Shown: positions 37,036 to 49,585 of the stretch, one piece after another | Layout of the letters: every line of letters starts with the position of its first letter | Position numbering within the stretch: the first letter of the stretch is position 1 | Assembly: GCA_038087875.1 (NCBI GenBank) | Contig: CM075985.1 | Coordinates: forward strand, 7,254,001 to 7,318,000 | Length of the DNA stretch: 64,000 nucleotides | Reading direction: 5' to 3' | Origin: Malacoraja senta | Lineage: Eukaryota | The notes under the pieces: model-generated | What the model was told of the DNA's origin: nothing | The model's input: the letters and a program-made list of their open reading frames with translations, nothing else | Database searches by the model: none | Made by a program: the position numbers and the translations under genes

Positions 37036-40000
37036 GTCCTTTGAAAGTTGCAGGGGATCTAAGATGTAAGTAGTATGAGGTTGAGTTCACCTTTTGATCA
37101 CACTCTGCTCTGGAATCCCACATGAACGTCTTCAGGTTTTGGATGCAGGAAGGCCACTTCTTTGGCCAGAGGGTTGAAAACACCAACCAGAACCTTTGGG
37201 GAAAAGAGAGGGGGGCCAAAAAATTGGTAGGAGTTTGCGAAATGTGAAGTCAGACAGGGTCCATGCAAAGGGTCAAAGCAAACTAGACCAAGGAATTGCA
37301 GATGCAGGAATCTTGAGCACAACACAAACTGTTGGGTGAGCTCTGCAGATCAGGCATCTATGGAGGGAATGGACAGGCTCCTTTTTCAGACACGGATTAC
37401 TTTTATTGATTTTAATTTTCCATAAATTTCATTCATTTCCCATCAGTTCCACAGGTAACAGATGTAAAGCCCAAGTTCCAGCAGGGCTAATATCTATAAA
37501 GAAATGTGTTGCAGTAAACATTGGACACAAAGGCACCAATTTGCAGGTTTTGAACACTGCCAAGGACTAAGGCTCTAGGTCAGGAGAGAGGGACAGATTC
37601 CCGTCCACTCTCTCCCGTCATGTTCACAAAATGAGCAGTCAAGAAGTAAGTTGAGAATATTTGCTGTGAATTGAATTAAAACCACCCAATGAATAACAGT
37701 AAGGATACAACTACAACTTGCACTTGTACAGTGCCTTTAACATTAGTAAATAGACCAAGGAAGAGAAAGTAGGCAGCTGATCAATAATGGAGCCTTGTGT
37801 TAACAGAATGCTCTCGCTTGTAACATTTAGGAACATCTGGCTGGTTTCCATGCAAATTAATATGCAGTACACAATTGTTCTATCCCTTAAGTTAACCCAC
37901 AAATTCATATACATTAATGTGATACATATTTTAGATTTCCATTGAAGCACATTTGTCAAACCGCATGAATGGTAAGCTGGCTATTCAAAGCCATTGTGGT
38001 CTGCAACTTGTTCCTGGTGTTTTTCTGGAGAAAAAAAACTTTCAGTTGTGGAATTTAATTTTCTAAATGAATCGACAAACTCAAATAAGTAAAATTAGAA
38101 GTGAAGCTAAGAGTTAAATATGGACTTTACTTGGCATTATCCAAAAGACCTGGACAAATGAGAGACAATGTGTTGTATTAGTGACTGGGGCAAGTGATGG
38201 AATTGCTCTCACTCATCCTGATCTATCAGAAGCAAAGATATCAATGATCTTGTTGCATGGTGTAGATGCTGTTGTCCATACCTAGTGATGCATGCAAGGT
38301 ATTGTGACACTGATTAATTCTCCTCTGTAGTTATGGGTAAGTGAAGAGAGCTTAATAAAGTCAAAATACTGTGGAGCTGGATGTTATTTAAGCTACTTTG
38401 GTATTCCTTGTCATTAACTTTTCTAGGTCTTGGAACCAGACCGGGAAACTGCACTGCCATGTTGTCACTGGGGTTACTTGATGCTTGCCCAGTGTTCTAT
38501 CAGGAAAAATAAATTGCACTTAAGCTAAGGTGCCAATTTGCATTTTGTGCACTACATTACTTTTTCACTCCTTATAGAAACGATCGACATGTGCCACAAC
38601 CAAGCTTCTTCACCTTCGTGTTGAGAACCCTTCTCCGGTTCATTATTTGGGAGGATAGAAAATCTGCAGTGAAATAGCTGGATTTTGGATGTAGAACATG
38701 TGATGGTTTACCACCATTTTCATCACACTTTATTAAAATATTATTCAGCATAACATTGTACTTAATTTCCCATTCCCCTTCATGAAGAATCGATGAATCA
38801 CCGTGGCACAAAGCTCTATCATTAGGTGTATTGAGACCATAACAGCACTAGTTAAAATCCATAAAGAAGCTTGTTGACTTTGGGTTCTGGTTAGTGAGTG
38901 GGATTATTAGGAGAAGGGGCTTAGGGCATATATTTGTATCCACATAAATGTGTTCCAGTAATTGTGAAAAGCAACCCTATTCAACAAGCTGGAATAGATT
39001 GAAAATGACTCCTATAAATTTTGAAATTCCTATTTGTTCACTGATATTTTATTCAATTAGTAAAGTGGACCAATGGATACTGCAGAAGGTGGCCACACTA
39101 TTATAAGGTGACATATTGCAAGGATTGAATCTTCATGTAGATACAAATACTGTATATATGATAAAGAAAACATTCTTTTAATTGCTGAAAGTGACTGCAG
39201 GTCGTAGAACTACTATGGTTTGTTTGCTACCATATTTATTCCCCTTGGATACTCTTGAAAATGTATTTGAATGAAGTAATTTGCATTTGATTTTGTTTGC
39301 CATGTTGCTTTTTTTTTTGTTTGGGAAATGTGATTTGCCAACTAAACACCGACAGCTTTTTTTATGGACTTAGCAAGTTCATAGTGTGTAATAAAGATGT
39401 TAATAATCCTGGTAAGTTGGAGGTTGATGGCCTTTGCCTCGTTTATTGCAGTCACACAATGCTCTTTGCTGTAGCGGCATTGGCCAAGAAACGTAGAGTG
39501 AATAAAGTAGATATCCAGTCTTTGTTGAGAGCTGCTGATCCATTAAGCCAGGACAAATAACTTCATTGGGGATCAGACAAGATGGCCAATGTTCAGCAGG
39601 GTAACTCAACCCCCACAAGTGCTATAGTTGTGCCCTCTTTGATGTGCCCCTCTCTCTTTCTTGTTCCCCCCATTTGTAAACCTTACAATTACTTTTTCTC
39701 CTCTAAATGGTATCATCCCAATTTCATCAAGATTATGCTTGCAACTCTATCTCATCCCATGCTCCTCTCCAACTCTTTCTCTTCCATCATTGTTCAAACC
39801 CTAAATTTATCTGGGTGTGAGATGTATAGATTTTAAACTTTGCTCAGCTTTCATTGAATTGTTTAATGGGACTAAACATTGCCGTGTGCCCCCATTTATT
39901 TGGTAAATGTACTGAATCAGTATGAATTTTTGCCTCATTAGTCTACAATTCCTCCCTCCCCATTCTTCCTATATAATCCTATTATGATTGTTATTTCATG

Positions 40001-40734
40001 TATTTATACTGGTCAGACTTAACACAAATCCCCATAGTTTATGATTTACTGATTTGGCGCTTCTTGAGTGTCTAACTTAAAATATCAATAAGTACATATA
40101 AAGTAAAAAACATGCAAGAGATTAAAATGTTAGACAAGTGTTCTTTTCCATTTTGGATCAGTAAAGGAAGACTTCCATTTCTATAGTGATTGGAATATAG
40201 TCCATTTTAATGAAATTCTGCCTTCTCTGGGGAAAAAACACAGCTTTGCTCTGCACCTCATCCACGATGCATCAAAACTGATGGTCAAAGGTAAATGTAC
40301 ACTGCTGTTGTGTCTTCTAGAGTGCTAACATCCTCATCTCTGCTCAATAGTATCTCTAAGATAAAATAGACTGCTGAATTTTTGAGTTTTTTAAAATAAT
40401 AAATTAAACCAACAAGAAGTGCAAAGAGTTTGTTCAGTGGTAAAACTGAAGATTCTCCATTAACCAAAGAGGTATGAAATCAATCAGAGACAGCGCTCCT
40501 ATGAGATGGAGCGCTGTCACTCCTCCTTGCGTCAAGACCAGAGCTAGAAACACTCAGTGTCGATCGTCAAGATATCAAACTACGAACAAAAAGTTTTCAT
40601 TGAAAAATTGAAGAAAATAATTCCCACTACGGTCTCCTTGACTGTTTCATTCTTCTGAGAAATTACAGACTCCCAAGCATGGTGTTGAGCACTGAGCTAT
40701 AGTCTATGATCAACAGCCTGACGTATGTGTTTTT

Positions 40735-41095
40735 ATTATCCAAGTCGTCCAGTGGAGAGCCAGCAAGATCGCATCCCCTGTTGATCTATTGTGGCAGTAA
40801 GCAAATTGTAGTGGGTTCAGGTTCTTGCTGAGGTAGGAGTTGATACGTGCCATACCCAACCTCTCAAAGCATCTCATCACCATCGATGTTTGTGCTACCA
40901 GTTGGTGGTCTTCGACGCATGTCCACCTGACTCTGCCTGGGCACTGAGTATTATTGATGCCCTTTTAAAGCAGGTGGGAACCTCAACCTCAGTAGTGAGA
41001 GGTTAATGATGTCCTCAAACTCTAGCCAGTTGGTCCTCGCAGGTTTTGATAATGTGAGCGGGTACATCATCAGGTCCAGGCGGTTTCTTACAGTC
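40735..41095 (-). mobile_element. Rex1/Babar RT fragment
   Basis: The - strand reads ...MRCFERL...DPLQFAYCHNRSTGDA, a Rex1-like RT motif. Confidence 0.65.
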
Positions 41096-41659
41096 ATATA
41101 AAAGGTACAGATGTGGGTTCCAGGTGCAGATTAGCCGAGGCCAGAGGGAAATGGGGAAATGTTAAAGAGGTAAAAGTGGATGGTGTAGATGAGTGATGAG
41201 AAACCTATTTTGGAATCAAGTTGACAATGGTCTAGTTCAGCCTCAGCCTTGGTAATCACTGGACTATCATGCCAAGATAATGGAATAAAGAAACAAGTGC
41301 AATTAGAGGGGGAAATGGCAAACTAATATTATTAATACAGTTTGTGCCTGTAAATTACCCAGTTTTCATTAGAAAAACTCTGGCTAGAACATTTTTAATT
41401 TTCAGTGTACTTTCCAAAATTATGTTATTGGAATAACAAATTTGTGAAGAGGTCATATATTCATCGAAGAAAACCAACTATAGCTTTTCTGAAGTGAACT
41501 TTACTTAATTCCGTTAAGATTAAAAATATATGTGCACCCCTTTGCTAAAGTCCTACATACTTATGATAAACTTGTTTCCTACCTGGATCCTGGCACCGGG
41601 AAGGCAGCGCACCATCCTCAAATCCCGTCTGTTCCTGCAGAAACCCCTGTCCGTACCTC

Positions 41660-42100
41660 TCACAATGGAGAACTTGGTAAAAGGCTGAAAAACAGGACTT
41701 CCAGGGTGGTTATCTCTGGGTTGCTTCCAGTACCTCGCGCTAGTGAGGGTAGGAACAGGGAGATAGGCGATCTGAATGTGTGGCTGAGGAGTCGGGGCAG
41801 GGGGCAGGGATTTAGATTTTTAGATCACTGGAATCTCTTCTGGGGCAGGGGTGACCTGTACAAAAAGAACGGGTTGCATCTTAATATCAGGGGGGGGGGC
41901 CGGCATTCTGGCAGGCAGGTTTGCTAGTGCCACCTGGGTGGGTTTAAATGGAACGGGGGGGGGGGGGGTGGAGTCAACAACGTGGAAGCGTATACGTGCA
42001 GTTAATGGGAGAGTGTAGGAAAGGTCACTTTTAAACTAATAGGGCAGGGAAATGGGAACCTATGCAAGGAGACAGAGGGCCATAAAAGGAGGACAGAAGG
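41660..42100 (+). mobile_element. CR1 ORF1 fragment (SGNH esterase domain)
   Basis: LKNRTSRVVISGLLPVPRASEGRNREIGDLNVWLR...GFRFLDHWNLFWGRGDLYKKNGLHLN. Confidence 0.85.
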
Positions 42101-42117
42101 AAAAGGTAGAAGGGAGA

Positions 42118-42487
42118 TTAGAAACATAAAATTATAAAAGGACTGGAGAAGCTAGATGCAGGAAAAATGTTCCCAATGTTGGGCGAGTCCAGAACCAGGG
42201 GCCACAGTCTAAGAATAAAGGGGAGGCCATTTAAGACTGAGGTGAGAAAACACTTTTTCACCCAGAGAGTTGTGAGTTTGTGGAATTCCCTGCCACAGAG
42301 GGCAGTGGAGGCCAAATCACTGAATGGATTTAAGAGAGATAGAGCTCTAGGGGCTGGTGGAATCAAGGGATATGGGGAGAAGGCATGCACGGGTTATTGA
42401 TAGGGGGCGATCAGCCATGATCACAATGAATGGCGGTGCTGGCTCGAAGGGCCAAAACGGCCTCTTCCTGCACCTATTTTCTATGTT
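42118..42487 (+). mobile_element. CR1 LINE 3' end
   Basis: [49 protein letters not shown]; TTTCTATGTTT tail. Confidence 0.9.
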
Positions 42488-42597
42488 TAAACTTTGCTGA
42501 ACAATGAAATTTGAGAATCGAAGCATTCCTCAATTCGCATACATTTTGTTTAGCATCAGTCTTATCCTGTATTGGTACAATTTTTAGTTTTTTGAAA

Positions 42598-42908
42598 TTC
42601 AGCATAGAAGCAGGCCTTTTGGCCCACTGAGTTCCACCCTGATCATTGATCACCCGTTCACACCAGTTCTATGTTTTTCCACTTTCTCATCCACTCCCTG
42701 CACACAAGGGACAATTTACAGCAGCCAATTAACCTACAAACCCACATGTTTTTAGGATGCAGGAGGAAACCAGAGCACCTGGAGTAAACCCACGCAATCA
42801 CAGGAAGAACGTGCAATCTCCACGCAGTTAGTACCCGAGGTCTGGATCGAACCCAGGTCTCTAACACTGCGACAACAGCTCTACCAACTGTGCTGCCCAC
42901 TGTACTGC
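42598..42908 (-). mobile_element. HE1-like V-SINE
   Basis: V-domain and tRNA head on the - strand. Confidence 0.8.
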
Positions 42909-43264
42909 CTGTTGAATCAATTTCTATGGTTTTTGAACCAAATTCATAGTATAATTTGAGATCCATTTGTCTTTCCAAAACGCTCTACTTGATCTCAATT
43001 TATAGTGAAATCTTTAGAAAGCAACTTTGCTCCTCAAAATATGCTGAACTCACTTATTTGCCCTTTTTGCCATTAAAAGTAGACCCTTTGAGTATCAAAC
43101 TTCAATGGCCCAAGGGACCAGCCTTGAAATTGTGGCTTTGAAATGTGAAAATATTACTTGCATTTACCACCTGCTTCTTTACTCCAAAGTGTCCACAAGT
43201 GCTTTACATCCTACAAAATATATTTTAATGTTTAGCCACAAGTAATGTAGGAAATTTAGCAGCC

Positions 43265-43399
43265 TGTAGAAAAAAAGGAACTGCAGAGACTGGTTTACAA
43301 CAACAAAAAGGCACAAAGTGCTGGAGTAACTCAGTGGTTCAGACGGCATCTCTGAAGAACTGATGGGTGACATTTCAGGTCGAGACCCTTCTTCAGACT
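43265..43399 (-). mobile_element. Penelope-derived hammerhead-bearing short element inserted in an older SINE
   Basis: The - strand starts AGTCTGAAGAAGGGTCTCGACCTGAAATGTCACCC. Confidence 0.8.
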
Positions 43400-44644
43400 T
43401 GGGCATAGCAAGCTCACAGAGCGAGAGAATGATGGTGGGGTTGATTGTTTTGAGTGAAGTAATGCTGGTTGGAACTCCTGCACTTTAATTTAGCAACAAA
43501 TGTCCTTGTGTGTAGAATTGCCAGCTTTTATTTCTCATTATCTTATATAGCAGAAAGTCGCTCAGCCAATTTATTTACCCACATTTCCCAGTTACCTAAT
43601 CTCACTTGTGCTCATCAATTCCACCCTTGTCTTGAAGTAATCTTAAAAAATATCTTGTAATTTTTTTTTGTTACATAAGGTAATGTGCTATTGAACTGTG
43701 GATGGGGTAGGGACAGGGTGTCATGGGAATGTTGTTTGAATTACAGTACAGGAGCTTAGAGAATATGTTTTACTTAAGTAGACAAACTAATTAAGGCTCA
43801 TGTCCACTTGGGTCAGTTATGACTAATAGTGAGAAGAAAGGTTTATCCTATTGATCTAAATCTGAAACATGAGTTCTGACGCACGTCCTTCAGTCCCACC
43901 AACCAGAGTCACACTTTAAACTCGGTTCTGCGGTCTCGGATGCAAAATGAAGCTGTGTACACCTCTGGTGCAGATGCATGAGTCAGGCTGTTGGCCTGTT
44001 TTGTGTAAACAACCCCACCATTTAACCAGCTGCCTCAATTTTTTGTTATTTGTTTATATAAAACAACCAACGTCTAATTTAGCCTTTCATGCATGGAGTT
44101 AAGCTTCCTACACTTTTAAAGGGGTATCCTTTCATGCACCACGAACCCCACCCCTCATCTAGAATATTTAGCTGAAATTAGTGGATGTACTGAGTGACCC
44201 TGCGATGCTTCACCTCGAAGTTAATATAGAGAGATTAGGTGATCAAAACAAAGTGCCAGAGGAACTCAGCAGGTCAGGCAGCATCTGTGTAGGGGTCAGA
44301 TGATGTTTCAGGTTGGGACCCTACAACTGATTGGAGTATGGAGGGTAGAAAGCTGGAAAAGTGGTGGGGGCAGGGTTGTGGCCTGGCAATAGATAGGTGG
44401 ATTTAAGTAAGGAGGGATGATTGACAAATGGGTGCACTAAGTAACAAAGGCTAAAGGTGAAAAGGAGACGAAAGGATATTGGGCAAGGTTTAGCTGCTTA
44501 TAGGAGAAGCTCTGTGAGATACCAATGGTGCAAAGGATTGGTGGCAACGAGAAGCACCATTTTCTACCAGACAATCAGATACTTGTATGACAAACTTCCC
44601 CAATTCCGAACTTTAAGTGCTTTAAGCAGACTTAGTTAATGGCA

Positions 44645-44740
44645 GACAGAAACAAAATGCTGGAGTAGCTCAGCGGAACAGGCAGCATCTCTGGAGGGAA
44701 GGAAAGGGTGACTTTTCGGGTCAAGACCCTTCTTCAGCCA
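44645..44740 (-). mobile_element. Penelope-derived hammerhead-bearing short element
   Basis: - strand GGCTGAAGAAGGGTCTTGACCCGAAAAGTCACCC. Confidence 0.8.
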
Positions 44741-44862
44741 GATTAATTTTAGTGGTGATTGGACGTGTGGTTTTGAGGGGAACGGGCGGTTGATTTGAGG
44801 TGGGGAGACATTTGATAAGATCTGGAATACCTCTTTCCTCTCCCCAACCTGTAGAAGAGGGT

Positions 44863-46180
44863 ACACAAAAATGCTGGAGAAACTCAGCGGGTGCAGCAGC
44901 ATCTATGGAGCGAAGGAAATAGGTAACGTTTCGGGCCGAAACCCTTCTTCAGACTGATAGGGGGTGGGGAGAAGAAAGGAAAAAAGGAAAAAGGAGGAGG
45001 AGGAGCCCGAGGGCTGGGGGAGGGGAGGAGACAACCAGATGGCTGATGAAGGGGAGGGGACAGCAAGGGCTAGCAGAATTGGGAGAATTCAATGTTCAAA
45101 CCCCCAGGATGTAGACTGCCCAACCGGAATATGAGGTGCATTTCCTCCAATTTACGGTGTTGCTCGCTGTGGCCATGGAGGAGACCCAGGACAGAGAGGT
45201 CAGACACGGAATGGGAAGGGGAGTTGAAGTGCTGAGCCACCGGGAGTTCAGGTTGGTTATTGCGGACCGACCGGAGGTGTTCGGCGAAACGATCGCCAAG
45301 CCTCCGCTTGGTCTCACCGATGTAGATCAGCTGGCATCTAGAGCAGCGAATGCAATAGATGAGGTTGGAGGAGATGCAGGTGAACCTCTGTCGCACCTGG
45401 AACGACTGCTTGGGTCCTTGAATGGAGTGGAGGGGGGAGGTGAAGGGACAAGTGTTGCATCTCTTGCGGTTGCAAGGCAAAGTACCAGGGGAGGGGGTGG
45501 TATGGGAGGGAAGGGAAGAATTGACAAGGGAGTTACGGAGGGAGCGGTCTTTGCGGAAGGCAGACATGGGGGGAGATGGGAAGATGTGGCGAGTGGTGGG
45601 GTCACGTTGGAGGTGGTGAAACTGACGGAGGATCACTTGTTGTATGTGATGGCTGGTGGGGTGAAAGGTGAGGACTAGGGGGACTCTGCCCTTGTTGTGA
45701 GTGGGGGGATGGGGAGAGAGAGCAGTGTTGCGGGGTATGGCAGAGACCCTGGTGCGAGCCTCATCTATGGTGGAGGAGGGGAACCCCCGTTCCCTGAAGA
45801 ATGAGGACATTTCAGATGCCCTGGTGTGGAACGCCTCATCCTGGGAGCAGATGCGGCGTAGACGGAGGAATTGGGAGTGGGGGATGGAGTCCTTACAGGA
45901 AGCAGGGTGGGAAGAAGTGTAGTCCAGATAGCCATGGGAGTCGGTAGGTTTGTAGTGGATGTCGGTAAGGAGTCTATCACCTGCGATGGAGATAGTGAGG
46001 TCAAGGAATGGTAGGGAAGTGTCGGAAATGGTCCAGGTGTATTTGAGTGCCGAATGGAAGTTGGTGGTGAAGCGGATGAAGTCAGTCAGTTGTGTGTGGG
46101 TGCAGGATGTGGCACCAAAACAATCATCGATGTAGCGGAGGTAGAGGTCGGGGATGGGGCCCTGGTACGCATTGAACAAG
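44863..46180 (-). mobile_element. Penelope-like retroelement, 5'-truncated, RT C-terminus plus GIY-YIG endonuclease
   Basis: Uninterrupted ORF (45070-46224 in the track): YLRYIDDCF (RT), LPFLDL, CNRKRCNTC, LIYCIRC...IYIGETKRRLGDRFAEH (GIY-YIG). Flanking 9-bp direct repeat GAAGAGGGT at 44854-44862 and 46181-46189. Confidence 0.95.
44922..44955 (-). ncRNA. Minimal type I hammerhead ribozyme motif in the Penelope pseudo-LTR
   Basis: AGU CUGAAGA A GGGU-UUCG-GCCC GAAA CG UU ACC: catalytic core, stem II with a UUCG loop, palindromic ACGU stem III. Confidence 0.75.
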
Positions 46181-46463
46181 GAAGAGGGTGCCAGGAGTTC
46201 AGATTGCACTCGGCTTGCGGACAAACAGCCCCAGCAGGAGACCGTCCCATGCTCAGGTTAGCAAAGCAAATACAAAGGTCCAACCATTCTGTTTTCCTGG
46301 CAACTCAGCTTGTGGTTGGAAATAAAAATCCATCCATAATAACTGGAAACATATCTCAAAATTCAAGCGGGTGCAGTTCATACAATCCCTTTTTCCCTGT
46401 TTTTACTTCCCTCAGTAATAACTGCTGCCATTCACAATTTTTTTTCAACATCATGGAACCTTG

Positions 46464-46921
46464 GCAGCACTGTGCGGCACAGTGACACAGCTGGTAGAGC
46501 TGCTGCCTAACAGCGCCCCAGACCCGGGTTTGGTCCTGACTATCGATGCTATCTGACCTCATGTGTTTTCTTCGGACGCTCCGGTTTCCTCCCACATTCT
46601 AAAGACTTGCAGTTTGTAGGTTAATTGGCTTCTGTAAAATGTCCCTCGTGTTTTGGATAGAACTCGTGTATGGGTGATCATTGGGCGGCATGGAGTCGAT
46701 GGGCCAAAGGGCTTGTTTCCACACTGTATCTCCAAACCAAACTAAAAAAAGACTGCATAGATTTCCTCCAGATGCTCCAGTTTCCTCCCACATCCCAGAG
46801 ACGTGCAGGTTAGTTGGCCTCGGTAAATTGCCCCTCGTGTTAAGGAAGTGGATGAGAAAGTGGGATAACATAGAAATGGTGTGAATGGGTGATCTGTGGA
46901 CTGTTTCCGTTCTGTTTCTCT
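46464..46921 (+). mobile_element. Two tandem HE1-like V-SINEs (second partial)
   Basis: tRNA head at 46464; V-domains at about 46580 and 46780. Confidence 0.8.
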
Positions 46922-47414
46922 GAAAAAGTGGCTAGAACCTGTAATGCATTGCCAAGGGAGGCAAATTCAAAGTATTTGACGACCTGAATACGCGTCTGAA
47001 AACAAAAGGTTGGTAAGTCTCAAGGGAAGAGGGCAGGTGAGTGCTCTGGTTGTCCCCTTACATAGAGCAAGAAGATGGGTTGAATGGCCTCTACCTCAAC
47101 TATAAAATTTCTGTATGTGAATCTTTGATTCACTTAGCACCTCAAATGTAATAAAATACATTGAGGCATTTCACAGGAGTATTCGTCAGAGAAACCTTGA
47201 TATTGAATAAATATTGAAGACATTAGGGAAAGTAACTGTAGGCATGGTGAGAGCATGGAAACAGGCCCTTCAGCCCACTCAGTCCATGCTTACCATGGAT
47301 CACCCATTCACACTAGTTCTATGTTATCCCACTTTCTCATCCACTTCATTAACACCAAATCTCGTTGCACATATGTGCAATGACAATAAAATATATTATT
47401 ATTATTAACACGAG

Positions 47415-47846
47415 GGGCTATTGAGGGAGTGCAGCGTAAGATGGTGGGACTGACATGTGACGAAAGAATGGGTCGACTGGGCTTGTTTTCACTGTAATTT
47501 AGAAGGATGAGGGGATCTTATAGAAACAGAATATTCTGAAAGGATTGAACAGGCTAGATGCGGAAAAATGTTTTCGATTAAGAATAAGGGGTAGGCCATT
47601 TAGGACTGAGATGAGGAAAAACTTCTTCACCCAGAGTTCTGAATCTGTGGAATTCTCGGCCACAGAAGGCAGTGGAGGCCAATTCACTGGATGTTTTCAA
47701 GAGAGTTAGATTTAGCTCTTAGGGCTAAAGGAACCAAGGGATATGGGGGAAAGCAGGAATGGGGTACTGATCTTAGATGATCAGCCATGATCATATTGAA
47801 TGGTGGTGCTGGCTTGAAGGGCCGAATGGCCTACGTTTTTCTATGT
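47415..47846 (+). mobile_element. CR1 LINE 3' end
   Basis: GCTATTGAGGGAGTGCAGCGTA...GGCCGAATGGCCTAC...TTTCTATG. Confidence 0.85.
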
Positions 47847-47913
47847 AGGTTTTAAGTAGATAAATAGATTGTATATGGAGTAAATGACAGAGCTAAGAGT
47901 CTAGGCAACTATG

Positions 47914-48212
47914 GATGGCATGGTGGCGCAGCGGTAGAGTTGCTGTCTTGCAGCACCACAGAGTCTGGTTCGATCCTGGCAATGGCTGTCTGTATGGAGT
48001 TTGTACGCTCTCCCTGTGATCATGTGGGTTTTCCCCAGGTGCTCCGGTTTCCTCCCACATTATAAAGACCTACAGGTTTGTAGGTGAATTGGCTTTGGTA
48101 AAATTGTTCACAGTGTGTAGGATAGTGTTAGTGTACAGGGATCGTTGGTAAGTACAGACTCGGTGGGGCCGAAATGCCTGTTACCGCGCTGTATCTCTCA
48201 AACCAAACAAAA
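47914..48212 (+). mobile_element. HE1-like V-SINE, full length
   Basis: GGCATGGTGGCGCAGCGGTAGAGTTGC (A box), GGTTCGATCC (B box), V-domain, tail. Confidence 0.9.
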
Positions 48213-49159
48213 CTCAAGGAATGTAGAGATCTCCAGGAATGCCCAATTGTAACTTAGCCTATTGCCAGTGCTCCCCTGAACATTCAGGAGTCACTAATAG
48301 CAGGCTTCTGCATCTAATGCATTGGCTTAACATAATTCAAGCAAGAATAAAAAATAATAAATAGCCGATTAGTTGAGCATGATATCAAGCTTAGTTTTCT
48401 TTAGACTTTTGGAGTGTCGAAGCGGAAGATGAAGAGAATGGAACAGCTCGAAGCTCCTGCAGAAGATCCTAACAAATTAACTACATGGGTCCATAACTGG
48501 GGCTGTGCAGACAAGATGAAGATGGCAAATTCCTATTCCTAAAGCACTTTAATAAATAAGTTTGGGTTTGCATCAATTCAACAGCTCAGTCACTTTTGTT
48601 TTTAAAATGTTTATTGGTCCATAGTTTTTTTTTTCATTTTCACTCATGAAATATTAAGTGCAGATTTTCATCTCTTTTTAGCCATCTCTGAGTGAGTCAA
48701 ATTCTGTTATTCTCAATATGTTTAAGGCACTGGATTGAATCTCCTTTAACCATTTTATTCTTTAGCTGACACCAGACTGATTCCATGAGTCCTCTCCATG
48801 TAGCTCAGGTGAGACCCAGAACCACCTGTCCTGCGACAATATACAAGCTGTCAACTGTGCTGAGCCTTTGTCTCTGTACTGATGTCGAGCCCATAATGAT
48901 AGTCCTGAATAAAGAAAGCAAGCACAAAGCTATAATTTACTTTTAAGTCCAGTTTTTTTTTAATCCACATTCAGAATGTCACTCTGATGATTTGTGATAT
49001 CATTGTAGTAAATTAACAGCCTTGTTGCTCATGCCCTTCACTTTCTGCTTTCTCTTTTTCTTCTGTTTCTATTGTCAGCAATGATTCTTTTGATCCTGTT
49101 TATTTAACCCCCATCCCCATCTATATTTTATTATGGACGGCTGCACTAACAAACACAAC

Positions 49160-49585
49160 AAATTACATGAATATTGTATGAATATTAAATTTCCCAATTT
49201 CAGGTAACCCACACGCTCAGGGCACTCCTCTCACACACTCACCTGTCCACCTGGTTTTCCTCTTCCTTTGTTCATCCTTGCATTCCCTCTGCCCGCTTGG
49301 TTCCATCTGCCCATCATTCCCACCCCATCTGTCCCCACTGATCATCCACCAGCTTCTGTCCCGTCCCCACTCCCCCACCTGCCCATCACCCCCTCTGCAT
49401 CTGATTCCACCTATCACCTAACAACCTCTATCCCAACCCGCTATGTGCTGCTATCTACCGGCAACCTGTCTTCTTCCCTTTCAGTCCTGATGCAGAATCT
49501 TGACCCAAATCGTCGACCTAAAGCTTTTACCTCCACAGGAGCTGCTTGACTGGCTGAGTTCTTCCAGTCTTCTGTTTTTGTTCTA
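49160..49585 (+). mobile_element. Degenerate Penelope 3' end
   Basis: ATGAATATTAAATTTCCCAATTTCAGGTAA (end of ORF), pyrimidine-rich UTR, decayed hammerhead CTGATGCAG...GACCCAAATCGTC. Confidence 0.65.

Noticed and set aside
40489-40519. 11-bp hairpin GACAGCGCTCC/GGAGCGCTGTC, or a REST site
   Set aside because: Too short for a miRNA and lacks the left RE1 half-site.
45070-46224. 384-aa ORF as a novel host gene
   Set aside because: It is Penelope RT/GIY-YIG; the listed start lies in flanking DNA outside the TSD.
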